Origin: Bacillales bacterium
GTDB taxonomy: Bacteria; Bacillota_I; Bacilli_A; RFN20; CAG-288
Length of the DNA: 57,087 nucleotides
Assembly: GCA_021621525.1 (NCBI GenBank)
Contig: JAJVUU010000001.1
Span: 1 to 57,087, forward strand
Reading direction: 5' to 3'
Under the pieces are notes generated by a model, which was not told the origin of the DNA, made no database searches, and saw only the letters and a program-made list of their open reading frames with translations. The position numbers were made by a program, and so were the translations under genes. Below are positions 45,961 to 55,490 of the stretch, piece by piece (the stretch's first letter is position 1; every line of letters begins with the position of its first letter).

Positions 45961-46578
45961 CTACATCCCTTTCAGAAAATCGACCACTTTGAAGAGAGCC
46001 TTGCCACGATGGGATACGGCATCCTTCTCCTCGGGAGTCGCTTCCGAAAAACGCTTATGAAGATCATAGGAATAGAAGATGGGATCATATCCAAAGCCAT
46101 GGAGCGGATGAAGGTCGCGGGTAAGGGAAATCTCTCCGGCATTTTCACCGGAAAAACACTTTTCGATACCATTTTTCCTATCGATATAGGTCATGACGGT
46201 AAAATAGGAAGCCTTGCGGTTTTCCTTTCCTTCCATCATCTTCAGAATGGCATCATTCTTTTCCTCGTAAGGATGTCCTTCCATGAAGCGGGCAGAATGG
46301 ACGCCCGGAAAGCCATTCAAGGCATCGATGGAAAGTCCGGAGTCATCACTCAATACCGGATAGGAACACTTTCCAGCGATATCTTCCGCCTTGATTCTGG
46401 AATTTCCTTCGAAGGTCTCGGCATCTTCAGGATGGCTGACTTCAAGATGAAGGTCCTTCAAAGAAAGCACCTCATATCCGAGAGGTTCAAGCATTTCCCT
46501 GACTTCCCTGACTTTATCGGCATTTCCGGATGCAAAGACAATGGTCTTCATACGATATTGCTCCTTTTGATTTACCAC
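45961..46578 (-). CDS. rdgB: dITP/XTP pyrophosphatase (RdgB/HAM1 family)
   Basis: 205 aa. It has IVFASGNADKVREV.., ..DDSGLSIDALNGFPGV.SARF and ..GFGYDPIF motifs. Confidence 0.85.
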   Translation of the reverse strand: MVNQKEQYRMKTIVFASGNADKVREVREMLEPLGYEVLSLKDLHLEVSHPEDAETFEGNSRIKAEDIAGKCSYPVLSDDSGLSIDALNGFPGVHSARFMEGHPYEEKNDAILKMMEGKENRKASYFTVMTYIDRKNGIEKCFSGENAGEISLTRDLHPLHGFGYDPIFYSYDLHKRFSEATPEEKDAVSHRGKALFKVVDFLKGM

Positions 46579-47687
46579 TCGTCGTAATAGAACGTACGCC
46601 TTCTCTTCCTGGCAGCCCTGGCAGCAAGCTTCCTTGCATCATCCGGTGAAATGGATGAGCCATCTTCTCTGGGCTTGTCTCTTGAGAAACCATATCCAAG
46701 GATCTCCGTGGTCGATATGACGGTAACGAAGGCATTCGGATCAATCTGATAGATGGATTCCTTGATGAGAAGATAGTCCTGCTTGTCAAAGCAGGCTTCG
46801 ACGACCGTGGTATCTTTTTGGGTATACCCACCCGTTCCATAGAGAAGCGTCGTTCCCCTGCCTAGGTCCTTGTTGATGAAATCGTTGATCTCCTTCCATT
46901 TGGTGGAGATGATCTGGGCAAGATAGTACCGGTTGTTCCCTAGGAAGACCTTGTCTATCATATAGGAACAGATGAATGCACCCATGAAACCGACAAGAGT
47001 CGGAAGGAAATTCATGCCGTTGACAAAGAAACCACCGGAGATGATGATGACATCCATAAGGAAGCTTGAGGTTCCGATACGGATACCGAAATATTTGTTG
47101 TTGAGGATGTTGATGACATCCGTTCCACCGCTGCTTCCTCCTCCGATGAAGGTCAATCCGACGCCTGCTCCGCAGATGGCGCTGCCAAAGATGGCTCCGA
47201 CAAGATACGCCAAAGCCTGCATGCCGGAAGAACCGGCATGAATGACACCATTGGAGAATTCGATATTCTTGGCAACCTGGGAGATATCAAAGATGGCGAT
47301 GCCATCGACGACACAGGCTCCGATCAGCCACTGGAAGAAGAAGTCGAAGAGAGGATAGGCAATGGTAAAGACAATCTGCTTCAAGGAATATTTCAATCCG
47401 ATCAAGACAAGACCGAGAGCGAAGAACATCCATGAGATGATAAGGACATAGGTCTGGACAGACATGAAGTCAAATCCCGGAAGGGAATGAAAGATCAGTG
47501 AAAGCGAAGTAACCCCGCCAAAGATGACATTCATCGGAATCAGGAAGAAGGAATCACCGGCGGAATAGACAAAAGCCCCCAAAAGAACCATCAGGATGTT
47601 CCTGATGATCTTCTTGGGTGGCTCACTGGTGAATTCCCTGATGATGATTCTCTTTTCCTTTGCAATCCAGTTCTTGAAAAAGTTCAT
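46572..47687 (-). CDS. YitT-family membrane protein (with C-terminal DUF2179 domain)
   Basis: 371 aa. A polytopic N-terminal part is followed by a soluble C-domain (..GRGTTLLYGTGGYT..). A basic tail is present. Confidence 0.65.
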   Translation of the reverse strand: MNFFKNWIAKEKRIIIREFTSEPPKKIIRNILMVLLGAFVYSAGDSFFLIPMNVIFGGVTSLSLIFHSLPGFDFMSVQTYVLIISWMFFALGLVLIGLKYSLKQIVFTIAYPLFDFFFQWLIGACVVDGIAIFDISQVAKNIEFSNGVIHAGSSGMQALAYLVGAIFGSAICGAGVGLTFIGGGSSGGTDVINILNNKYFGIRIGTSSFLMDVIIISGGFFVNGMNFLPTLVGFMGAFICSYMIDKVFLGNNRYYLAQIISTKWKEINDFINKDLGRGTTLLYGTGGYTQKDTTVVEACFDKQDYLLIKESIYQIDPNAFVTVISTTEILGYGFSRDKPREDGSSISPDDARKLAARAARKRRRTFYYDEW

Positions 47688-47691
47688 TGTC

Positions 47692-48820
47692 TCAGTCCTT
47701 TTTGACAGGATGGAGTCTTCTGAAATCCCATTTCAGATAATGATCGATGAAGCCTTGGATGTTGCCGTCCATGACAGACTGGACATTGACTTCGGAATAT
47801 TCGCTGCGATGGTCCTTGACCAAAGTATACGGGCAGAAGACATAAGAACGAATCTGGCTGGAGAAGGAAATATCCTTCTTGACACCACCGATTTTATCCT
47901 TCTCTTCCTGCCTCTTCTTTTCTTCAAGCTGGAAGAGCTTGGACTTGAGCATCTCCATGCAGAATTCCTTGTTGGCAAGCTGATCTCTTTCAATCTGGCA
48001 TGAGACGACGATGCCGGTAGGAAGATGCGTGATACGGACGGCAGATTCTGTCTTGTTGACGTTCTGTCCGCCGGCTCCGGAAGAATGATACGTATCGATT
48101 CTTAAATCCTTGGGGTCAATCTGGATATCCACGTTTTGATCCATCTCAGGAAGGACATTGACGGAAGCAAAAGAGGTATGTCTGCTTCCACCAGAATCAA
48201 ACGGAGAAATTCTGACAAGACGATGGACTCCGTTTTCACTACGTAAATTGCCAAAAGCATTTTTCCCTTCGACTACCATAGTGGCACTGGAAATACCAGC
48301 TTCCTCACCTTCGAGGACATCGACGATGCGATACTTGAATCCGGCGATTTCGCAATACCTTTGATACATTCTGAAAAGCATGCTTGCCCAGTCATGGGCC
48401 TCGGTTCCACCGGCACCCGGATGGAATTCCAGAATGGCATTATTGGCATCATACTTGCCGGAATAGAAGATCTTCTTTTGGAAGACATCAAAGTCTTTGT
48501 CAAGCTTTGAAAGCTCCTTGTCGGCATCATCAAAGATATCCTTATCCATCTCCATTTTCAGGAATTCCAAGGATTCAGAAATTGATGAAAGCCTCTTGGT
48601 GAAGTCTCCAATCGTATTGATTTTGTCATTGACATCGGAAATCTCTTTGTTGATTTCCTTTGCCGCAGCGGGGTTCTTCCAGAAATCAGGAGTCTCCGTC
48701 TTGGCGGAAAGCTCCTTTGCTCGTTCTATCAGTGCAGGGATGTCAAAGACAGCCTTGCAAATCAAGAATCTGGTCATTGAGCGATGAATATAGATTGTTC
48801 AATTCGAATAATTCTTTCAT
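47692..48820 (-). CDS. prfB: Peptide chain release factor 2, expressed through a programmed +1 frameshift
   Basis: ORF0 runs from ATG 48820 (AAGGAG SD) for 25 codons and ends ..GGC TGT CTT TGA C. A +1 shift at CTT-TGA-C (48742..48748) joins it to the 47692..48744 frame. RF2 hallmarks SPF and GGQ are present. Confidence 0.9.
48742..48748 (-). promoter_or_regulatory. RF2 autoregulatory +1 frameshift site CTTTGAC
   Basis: The minus strand reads CTT TGA C, with an upstream AAGG SD-like element (TTGCAAGGCTGT). Confidence 0.85.
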
Positions 48821-48877
48821 TGTTCGGCACTCCTTATAATATGAATTTTATCAAAATACGTCTTCTTCAGAATATCA

Positions 48878-51376
48878 TCAGTTGATTTTAGCCGTCGGAT
48901 TGCTTCTGTCGATTCCGTCATCATCCGGAGTGATGTTGCTGACCGTCTCCGGGTTGAATTTGACTTTGTCGTTGGCGGCAGCTGGAGTCGTCCGGTTGAT
49001 CGGAGCACGCTGGATGTTCTGATCAGCCTGTTTGGCTTCCTGTCTGAAAGCGACATGGAGAAGAGTACGGACGACATCAGAGGAGATGTTGTTGTTCATC
49101 TGATCGAACATGGCAAAGCCTTCATTGGTATAAGCCTGAAGCGGGTCGGTCTGGGCATAGGATCTAAGCCAGATGGCATCTCTTAATTTAGCCATCTGAT
49201 CGATATGTTTCGTCCATCTTCTATCGATGCAATCGAGAGTGACGGTCTTTTCAGCGAAGTTCCTCATCTCCTCGGACCAATCCTTGGAATGTTCCTTATA
49301 GGCACGCTGAAGTCTGGCAGAAAGGAATTCAACGGCATCGGCAAGGGAGACACCGTCAAACTTGTCGGCAGGGCATACCTTCGGATCGATGGAAAGCTCC
49401 TTGACCATGATTTCCTGAAGCTTCTGACCATTTACGACAGTCTCCTGATCCTTGACATAGGTAGCCTTGTTGGCAATGGCCTTGGCTGCCATATCGAAAT
49501 AGGATGGAATGGTATCCGTAACGGACTTGGAATAGAGAATATGGTCTCTTCTTTCGTACATCTGTTTTCTTTGACGGGAAAGGACGTCATCATAGTTAAG
49601 CAACTGCTTACGGGTATCGAAGTTCTGTCCTTCGACTCTCTTCTGGGCAGAGGTGATGGCATTGGACATCATTCTGGATTCGAAGGCTTCATCACCAAGC
49701 TTTTCATAGAGGTTCTTTGTCGACTGCGGAGCAAAACGGATGAAGAGTTCATCCTGAAGGGAAACATAGAATCTGGAATATCCAGGGTCACCCTGACGAC
49801 CGGAACGGCCCTTGAGCTGGTTATCGATACGTCTGGATTCGTTTCTTTCCGTAGCAAGGACAGCAAGACCACCAAGTTCCTTGACTCCTTCGCCGAGTTT
49901 GATATCGGTACCACGGCCAGCCATATTGGTTGCGATGGTGACCGCACCCTTCTGACCTGCCTGGGCGATGATGGCAGCCTCCCTGGCATGGTTCTTGGCA
50001 TTGAGGACTTCATGCGGAATGGAAAGCTTGTTGAGGAGATTGTCGACGATTTCAGATTTTTCGACAGAAGGCGTACCGATAAGGATAGGCTGTCCGAGAT
50101 TATGTCTCTTCTGTACTTCGGCGACAAGGGCATTGTATTTTGCCTTCTCGGTTCCGAAGATGAGATCCCTGTCATCAACTCTTTGAATCGGCCTGTTGGT
50201 CGGGATGGTGATGACACGCATGTTATAAACCTTACGGAATTCTTCTTCCTCGGTCTTGGCCGTACCGGTCATACCGGAAATCTTGTCATAGAGACGGAAG
50301 AAGTTCTGATAGGTGATGGTGGCAAGGGTGACGGTTTCCGGCTTGATTTCGACATGTTCCTTGGCCTGAAGAGCCTGCTGGAGGCCATCGGAATATTCTC
50401 TTCCCTTCATGACACGTCCGGTGAAGGAGTCGATGAGAAGGATTTCGTTGTCGGCAACCATGTATTCCGTATCACGCTTCATGATATAGTTGGCCTTGAG
50501 AGCCTGGGTGATACGATGGGTAAGATCAGCCCACTGGGCATCATAAAGGTTGTCGATGGAGAACATCTTTTCGACCAGGGCAACGCCCTTGTCGGTAAGA
50601 GAAGCAACCTTCTTTTCGACATCAATGGTATAGTCCCTGTCTTTTCTCATCATCTTGCAGACACGGTCAGCCGTGACATAGGAAGAAGCGGTGATGCCGC
50701 TTCCGCCTGAGATGATAAGCGGCGTTCTGGATTCATCGATAAGAATGGAGTCAGCTTCATCGATGACGCAGAAATGAAGTCCGCGGAGAACTCTGTTCTG
50801 GACAGATTTTGCCATGTTGTCTCTCAGATAATCGAAGCCAAGTTCGGAGTTGGTGGAATAGGTGATGTCGCACTTATAGGCATCCTGCTTTTCCTTGGTG
50901 GATTTTTCTCTGAGGTTGACACCGACGGAAAGGCCTAAGAAACGATAGATGTTGCCCATCCAATCAGCATCACGGCTGGCAAGATATTCGTTGACGGTGA
51001 CGACGTGGGTTCCCTTTCCTTCCAAGGCATTCAGATAGACAGCCATGGTAGCGGTAAGAGTCTTACCTTCGCCGGTTCTCATTTCAGCGACATCGCCTTC
51101 ATTGAGAACGGTGGAACCGAAGACCTGAACAGGATACGGGAACTGTCCCAGGACACGCCTTCCGGCTTCTCTGGCCGTAGCAAAAGCTTCCGGAAGAATA
51201 TCATCGACAGTCTGACCGGCTGCCAATTTCTTCTTCAGGTAAGGAGTCATGCTCTTAAGTTGATCGTCAGTGAATTTAGAGTAGGCATCTTCATACTGGA
51301 AGACCCTTTTTGCCTTCTTTTCAATCTTCTTGAAGGAACGCTCGTCAATTCGGAATAATTTGTCAAGAAAACTCAT
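48878..51376 (-). CDS. secA: Preprotein translocase ATPase SecA
   Basis: 832 aa. It has MRTGEGKTLTA (Walker A), DEADSILIDE, TNMAGRGTDI and other conserved segments. Confidence 0.95.
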   Translation of the reverse strand: MSFLDKLFRIDERSFKKIEKKAKRVFQYEDAYSKFTDDQLKSMTPYLKKKLAAGQTVDDILPEAFATAREAGRRVLGQFPYPVQVFGSTVLNEGDVAEMRTGEGKTLTATMAVYLNALEGKGTHVVTVNEYLASRDADWMGNIYRFLGLSVGVNLREKSTKEKQDAYKCDITYSTNSELGFDYLRDNMAKSVQNRVLRGLHFCVIDEADSILIDESRTPLIISGGSGITASSYVTADRVCKMMRKDRDYTIDVEKKVASLTDKGVALVEKMFSIDNLYDAQWADLTHRITQALKANYIMKRDTEYMVADNEILLIDSFTGRVMKGREYSDGLQQALQAKEHVEIKPETVTLATITYQNFFRLYDKISGMTGTAKTEEEEFRKVYNMRVITIPTNRPIQRVDDRDLIFGTEKAKYNALVAEVQKRHNLGQPILIGTPSVEKSEIVDNLLNKLSIPHEVLNAKNHAREAAIIAQAGQKGAVTIATNMAGRGTDIKLGEGVKELGGLAVLATERNESRRIDNQLKGRSGRQGDPGYSRFYVSLQDELFIRFAPQSTKNLYEKLGDEAFESRMMSNAITSAQKRVEGQNFDTRKQLLNYDDVLSRQRKQMYERRDHILYSKSVTDTIPSYFDMAAKAIANKATYVKDQETVVNGQKLQEIMVKELSIDPKVCPADKFDGVSLADAVEFLSARLQRAYKEHSKDWSEEMRNFAEKTVTLDCIDRRWTKHIDQMAKLRDAIWLRSYAQTDPLQAYTNEGFAMFDQMNNNISSDVVRTLLHVAFRQEAKQADQNIQRAPINRTTPAAANDKVKFNPETVSNITPDDDGIDRSNPTAKIN

Positions 51377-51672
51377 ATTGTTCTCCTTTATGAGGTAAAA
51401 AGCACACAGAGATACCTATTCTCAGGCAATAAAAAAAGCTAAGAATAAAATCACTCGCATTAAAATATACCATTTTCCGAAAAAAACATAAAGAGAGAAT
51501 GACAAATATATATAGAAGATAAGAGAAATATAGAATTCTATGCTTATTTGGCTATGTTTCATTGTGATTTCATGCTTGCCGAAAACGAAAAGAACAAACC
51601 AATCTGTATACCCGAAGCATCCGAAAACAGTTGGGCTGAAACAACAAAAAAGGTCAATATCAGCAAAAAGCA

Positions 51673-51701
51673 TTGAACTAAGTAGAAAATATTCTTAAAA
51701 T
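51673..51701 (+). promoter_or_regulatory. Sigma-A-type promoter of the lipoprotein gene
   Basis: -35 TTGAAC (51673..51678), a 17-nt spacer, and -10 TAAAAT (51696..51701). Confidence 0.55.
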
Positions 51702-51762
51702 ACACCTAGCGAAAGTGACGTAACGTTCCTTTTGCAATTCCATGAAGGGGGAATTATTTTAT

Positions 51763-52224
51763 ATGAAAAAGTCTATCCGTTCCGTTTTGGCTTTCGGCGT
51801 TTCTGCCATTGCTCTCACTTCCTGCACGAGCAAAGTCACATTTGCTGAATTCCAGGAAGCCGTCAAGAAGATCAGCGACAACAAGGTTGATTACACCAGT
51901 GTCGAGTTCTCTGGCAAGTATACCAGCAAAGGTGCCACTCTCGATTTCAACGACATCAAGTTCACCTACAAGGATGGCAAAGTCAGTCTGAGCGAGGCTG
52001 CCGCTGACAAGTTGCTCCTTTCTGCTGCCGCAGGCATTCTCGTCGGCATCACCGCTAGCACATATGCCATCACAGAAGATACTTCTCTTACCTATTTTGC
52101 AGGCGATGGCTTCAAAGTCGAAAAGACCGACAACACCAAAGAATACAAGACCTGGAACGAGTCCGGTTTGATTACCGCTCTCTCCGATGGCACCAATACC
52201 ATCAAGGCTTCCTGGTCCAAGTAA
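51763..52224 (+). CDS. Hypothetical lipoprotein
   Basis: 153 aa from ATG 51763. The signal peptide MKKSIRSVLAFGVSAIALTSC has a lipobox. Confidence 0.65.
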   Translation: MKKSIRSVLAFGVSAIALTSCTSKVTFAEFQEAVKKISDNKVDYTSVEFSGKYTSKGATLDFNDIKFTYKDGKVSLSEAAADKLLLSAAAGILVGITASTYAITEDTSLTYFAGDGFKVEKTDNTKEYKTWNESGLITALSDGTNTIKASWSK

Positions 52225-52244
52225 GCCAGTCTATATCAAATCCA

Positions 52245-52280
52245 GATCGAGATGCATCTGCATCTCGATTTTTGTTTTTT
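52245..52280 (+). terminator. Intrinsic terminator
   Basis: A 10-bp stem ATCGAGATGC / GCATCTCGAT (loop ATCT) is followed by TTTTTGTTTTTT. Confidence 0.8.
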
Positions 52281-52298
52281 AAATTCGAAAACAACCTT

Positions 52299-52307
52299 AT
52301 GATAGAA
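52299..52307 (+). promoter_or_regulatory. Extended -10 promoter (TGATAGAAT) of the GH13 gene
   Basis: TGaTAGAAT lies 25 nt upstream of ATG 52332, with an AAGGAG SD in between. Confidence 0.45.
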
Positions 52308-52331
52308 TATGACCTAAGGAGCATTTCAACC

Positions 52332-53981
52332 ATGCACGACAAGAATTTTCTGAAGGAACATGCCGTCTATCAGATTTATCCCGTCTCTTTCTGCGATTCA
52401 AACGGAGATGGCATAGGTGACTTAAGAGGAATCATCTCAAAGCTTGATTATCTTTATGGAATCGGCATAAAAACCATCTGGCTTTCACCGATCTACGCTT
52501 CACCGATGGTCGATTTTGGATATGATATCTCCGACTACAGAAAAATCAATCCCCTTTTCGGCACCATGGAAGATTTCGATGTCCTCATGGAAGAAACCAA
52601 AAAGAGAGGGATGAAAGTCATCATGGACCTGGTCGTCAACCACACTTCCGACCAGCATGAATGGTTCCAAGAAGCCCTGAAGGACAAAGATTCCCCCTAT
52701 CGTGATTATTATTACTTCAGGAAAGGCAAGATAGACAAAAACGGAAAATATACCTATCCAAACAATTGGACAAGCAACTTCATGGGTCCTGCCTGGGAGA
52801 AGGTTCCAGGAGAAGAAGGCATGTACTATCTCCATATCTTCACCAAACAGCAGCCTGATCTGAACTGGCATAATCCAAGCGTCTTAAAAGAAGTTGAAGA
52901 CATCATTCGTTTTTGGATGGACAAAGGAATCTATGGATTCCGCTGTGGCGTCATTTCGGAAATCTACAAGGAATCCATGGAGGATGGCTCGGCCAAGAAT
53001 CATACATCCCAGCCTATCGGCATAGAACACTATCTGGCAACAGAAGGAAATCATAAAATTCTCAAGACGATTCAAAAAGATGTCATCTCTGGATATGGTG
53101 GTGTCCTCATCGGAGAATGCGGTGGAAACATCACCATCGAAGACGGAAGAAAATTCCTGGACAAGGAGTTGGATACCTTCTTTGAATTCGACATTGCCAA
53201 CTGTTATAAGGGACTCTTTTCCAATCGCATCGATATGAAGCTCTTCAAGAAGACACTCATCTCCTGGATAGAAGGAGTCGACTGGCATGGCAACTACCTT
53301 GAAAACCATGACCAGAGAAGAGTCTTCCAAAGATATGTCGATGGAAAATATGGTGACTTCGGTGCCAAGATGCTGCTTGTCCTTCAATATACCTTAAGAG
53401 GTACGCCCTTTATCTATATGGGTCAGGAATATGGTGCCCACAACTATCCAAAGCCCCTTGCCATCGATGAATGCAAGGACATCGTCACAAACAACATCTA
53501 TCAGATGGCAAAGGGATACCATGCCCCAAGGTTCTTGGCAGAAAAGGTTGCCCATAAATTCGGAAGAGATGACGAACGTGCTCCGATGGCCTATGACGAT
53601 ACTCCGACACACGGGTTTACATCTTCCAACACAAAACCATGGCAGAGATTCAATCCGTATAGCGATACATACAATGCCAAGACACAGCTTGAAAAAGAAG
53701 ATGGTATCTTAAGGTTCTTCAAGGAAATCAACCAATTAAGGGAAGACAACAAAGTCCTCAGTCATGGTTCAATCGACTTTTCTGTCGATGACGCATCACT
53801 CAAAGATGTTCTATGTTATACCAGGGCGGATGAGGAAAACACCATCCTTGTCATCCTCAACCTAAGCAACCATCCAAGAAGGATGCCCTCCTGCTATCAC
53901 AATCAAAGACTGCTTTTATCCAACTATAAGACGAGAGAAGGAAAGCTTCGGCCCTATGAGGCCTTGGTCTTGGAAGCATGA
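52332..53981 (+). CDS. GH13 oligo-1,6-glucosidase/alpha-glucosidase homolog with Gly at the catalytic nucleophile position
   Basis: 549 aa from ATG 52332. Region I DLVVNH, region III LIGECGG and region IV YLENHDQRR are conserved. Region II reads GIYGFRCGVISEIYK where the family has G.DGFR.DV. Confidence 0.8.
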   Translation: MHDKNFLKEHAVYQIYPVSFCDSNGDGIGDLRGIISKLDYLYGIGIKTIWLSPIYASPMVDFGYDISDYRKINPLFGTMEDFDVLMEETKKRGMKVIMDLVVNHTSDQHEWFQEALKDKDSPYRDYYYFRKGKIDKNGKYTYPNNWTSNFMGPAWEKVPGEEGMYYLHIFTKQQPDLNWHNPSVLKEVEDIIRFWMDKGIYGFRCGVISEIYKESMEDGSAKNHTSQPIGIEHYLATEGNHKILKTIQKDVISGYGGVLIGECGGNITIEDGRKFLDKELDTFFEFDIANCYKGLFSNRIDMKLFKKTLISWIEGVDWHGNYLENHDQRRVFQRYVDGKYGDFGAKMLLVLQYTLRGTPFIYMGQEYGAHNYPKPLAIDECKDIVTNNIYQMAKGYHAPRFLAEKVAHKFGRDDERAPMAYDDTPTHGFTSSNTKPWQRFNPYSDTYNAKTQLEKEDGILRFFKEINQLREDNKVLSHGSIDFSVDDASLKDVLCYTRADEENTILVILNLSNHPRRMPSCYHNQRLLLSNYKTREGKLRPYEALVLEA

Positions 53982-54436
53982 AGCTTCCTTATGATCAACA
54001 AGCCAATCTGATACATCGTATCCAGGGATGCGATGATCGTCTGGACATAGAAACCGAATTCAAGATAGATGTTCATCCTGCCACACTTGGAAAACAAGAC
54101 CATTGAGGCAATCAGAAGACCCATACGGAACAAGTCCAAAGAAAGCGAGACAGCCTTGATTGTCTTCAGATATTCTTCCTTGACGAAAAAGGAAAACAGA
54201 TTTGCCAAGGCAATGATTCCGCTAAATATGAGACAGGCCAAGACAAAGACGGATCCGTTGTGAAGATAGGGTATCGTATCCTCCATAAAGACAAAAAGAG
54301 AAAAGCCGTTTACGAATGATACGTTATGCTGATTCAGGGTATATAGGAAAGGCATAAAATAGCAAAGCACAAGAATCAAGGAGATTCCAAAATCCACATA
54401 ATATGGAATCCGTTCTTTTTTCAGCTGAAATTTCAT
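53954..54436 (-). CDS. Hypothetical polytopic membrane protein
   Basis: 160 aa from ATG 54436 with about five hydrophobic helices. Its 3' end overlaps the GH13 3' end by 28 nt (convergent). Confidence 0.5.
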   Translation of the reverse strand: MKFQLKKERIPYYVDFGISLILVLCYFMPFLYTLNQHNVSFVNGFSLFVFMEDTIPYLHNGSVFVLACLIFSGIIALANLFSFFVKEEYLKTIKAVSLSLDLFRMGLLIASMVLFSKCGRMNIYLEFGFYVQTIIASLDTMYQIGLLIIRKLHASKTKAS

Positions 54437-54527
54437 GAAACATCCTCCAGGAGTCTTCATTGTACCACAATCTTCCGAATTCGTTTCACCATTTCAAAAG
54501 CAATGCAAACACGATATAATAAGGCAT

Positions 54528-55490
54528 ATGAAAAACAGACAGAACAACGACAAAATCACCTTCTCAAACTATCTCGTCTCCTTGATTGAAGGACTGTTCA
54601 TCGGATTTGCAAACGGGCTCCCTTTCTTTCAATGTGATGATTTGAAGGAAACCATGGGGCTGATCAACCCTGAAAAGGAGAAGGAGATACAAAAGAAGAA
54701 CATCCTTACCTCCGGCATGAAGGGAAACAATGCCTTTATGGATTTCTTGTCCATGCTTCTTCATAAGTGGGTCTACATCCTAGGAGCCATCATCGGCTTT
54801 GCCCTTTTCTTCTTCATCCCGGTCTGGCAGCTGAAGAGCCAGTATCCTCTTGCCTATTATGGAAGCAGTGTCCTTCTATGCTTTGGTTTCCTGATATATG
54901 AAGCCTATCGTTTCTTCACTGACAAGAAGGAGAAAAAACACCTTGGCATATCCATTCTTGTATTCGCCTTATCCTTCATCGCCTGCTATCTTCTTTTTCA
55001 TTTCTTCTACGAACAGAAAGAAGTCCTTCCTGATGGATTCAAGGGATATCTGTTCTTCCTTCTTGCCTTCTTTATTGGCTCCTTCCTCTCTTCCTATGGC
55101 GGAGTCTCCCTTACGACGCTCTTCATCCTCATCGGAAGCTATCTTCCTTTATGCAACATGCTCAAGACATTCCTATATGCAAAGGAAGGCTTGATATATG
55201 TCCTCTTCGCATTGATAGGTGCATTGCTCGGTCTGACATTCTCCTTCTTCCTGAAAAGAAAAGTACTACTGAATGATGAAAAAAGATCATTCCGTATGGC
55301 TCTATATCTTTCAGCCATCCTCTATCTATCCATGAACCACATCAAGGAGCCTTTCATCAGTGACGTATCCACCACCATGGCTTCATGGTTTACGACCGGA
55401 AGCGTTCTTTTCGTCTCCTTGCTTATGCCTGTAGCATTGACGATGCACGGATATCGCTTTTTGAAGGACAAGGATGAGGTGAGAAGATGA
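54528..55490 (+). CDS. Polytopic membrane protein, possibly a diverged DUF368 member
   Basis: 320 aa from ATG 54528. The segments FIGFANGLPFF and FIGSFLSSYGGVSLTTLFILIG loosely resemble the duplicated PGVSGG motif of DUF368. This is a weak call. Confidence 0.4.
   Translation: MKNRQNNDKITFSNYLVSLIEGLFIGFANGLPFFQCDDLKETMGLINPEKEKEIQKKNILTSGMKGNNAFMDFLSMLLHKWVYILGAIIGFALFFFIPVWQLKSQYPLAYYGSSVLLCFGFLIYEAYRFFTDKKEKKHLGISILVFALSFIACYLLFHFFYEQKEVLPDGFKGYLFFLLAFFIGSFLSSYGGVSLTTLFILIGSYLPLCNMLKTFLYAKEGLIYVLFALIGALLGLTFSFFLKRKVLLNDEKRSFRMALYLSAILYLSMNHIKEPFISDVSTTMASWFTTGSVLFVSLLMPVALTMHGYRFLKDKDEVRR

Noticed and set aside
49205-50710. Very long antisense ORFs lie opposite housekeeping genes. They include 501 aa opposite secA, 306 aa (8277..9197) opposite atpD, 266 aa (10238..11038) opposite ecfA1, 248 aa (17223..17969) opposite fruR, 258 aa (34368..35144) opposite the M6 gene, 255 aa (45820..46587) opposite rdgB and 235 aa (40957..41664) opposite mfd.
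   Set aside because: For secA, atpD and fruR I checked the coordinates, and the antisense ORF is in exact codon register with the sense gene. In that register antisense stops can arise only from sense TTA, CTA or TCA codons, which these genes largely avoid. The products are low-complexity (rich in D, G, I, L, S, R) and have no SD. They are shadow ORFs created by codon bias, not overlapping genes.
51422-51673. An 83-aa minus-strand ORF lies in the 385-nt AT-rich spacer upstream of secA.
   Set aside because: Its sequence is low-complexity and rich in F, I, L and Y. It has no SD. It overlaps the likely divergent promoters, including a possible extended -10 for secA at 51464..51472. It is most likely non-coding, although I cannot exclude an ncRNA or a long secA leader here.
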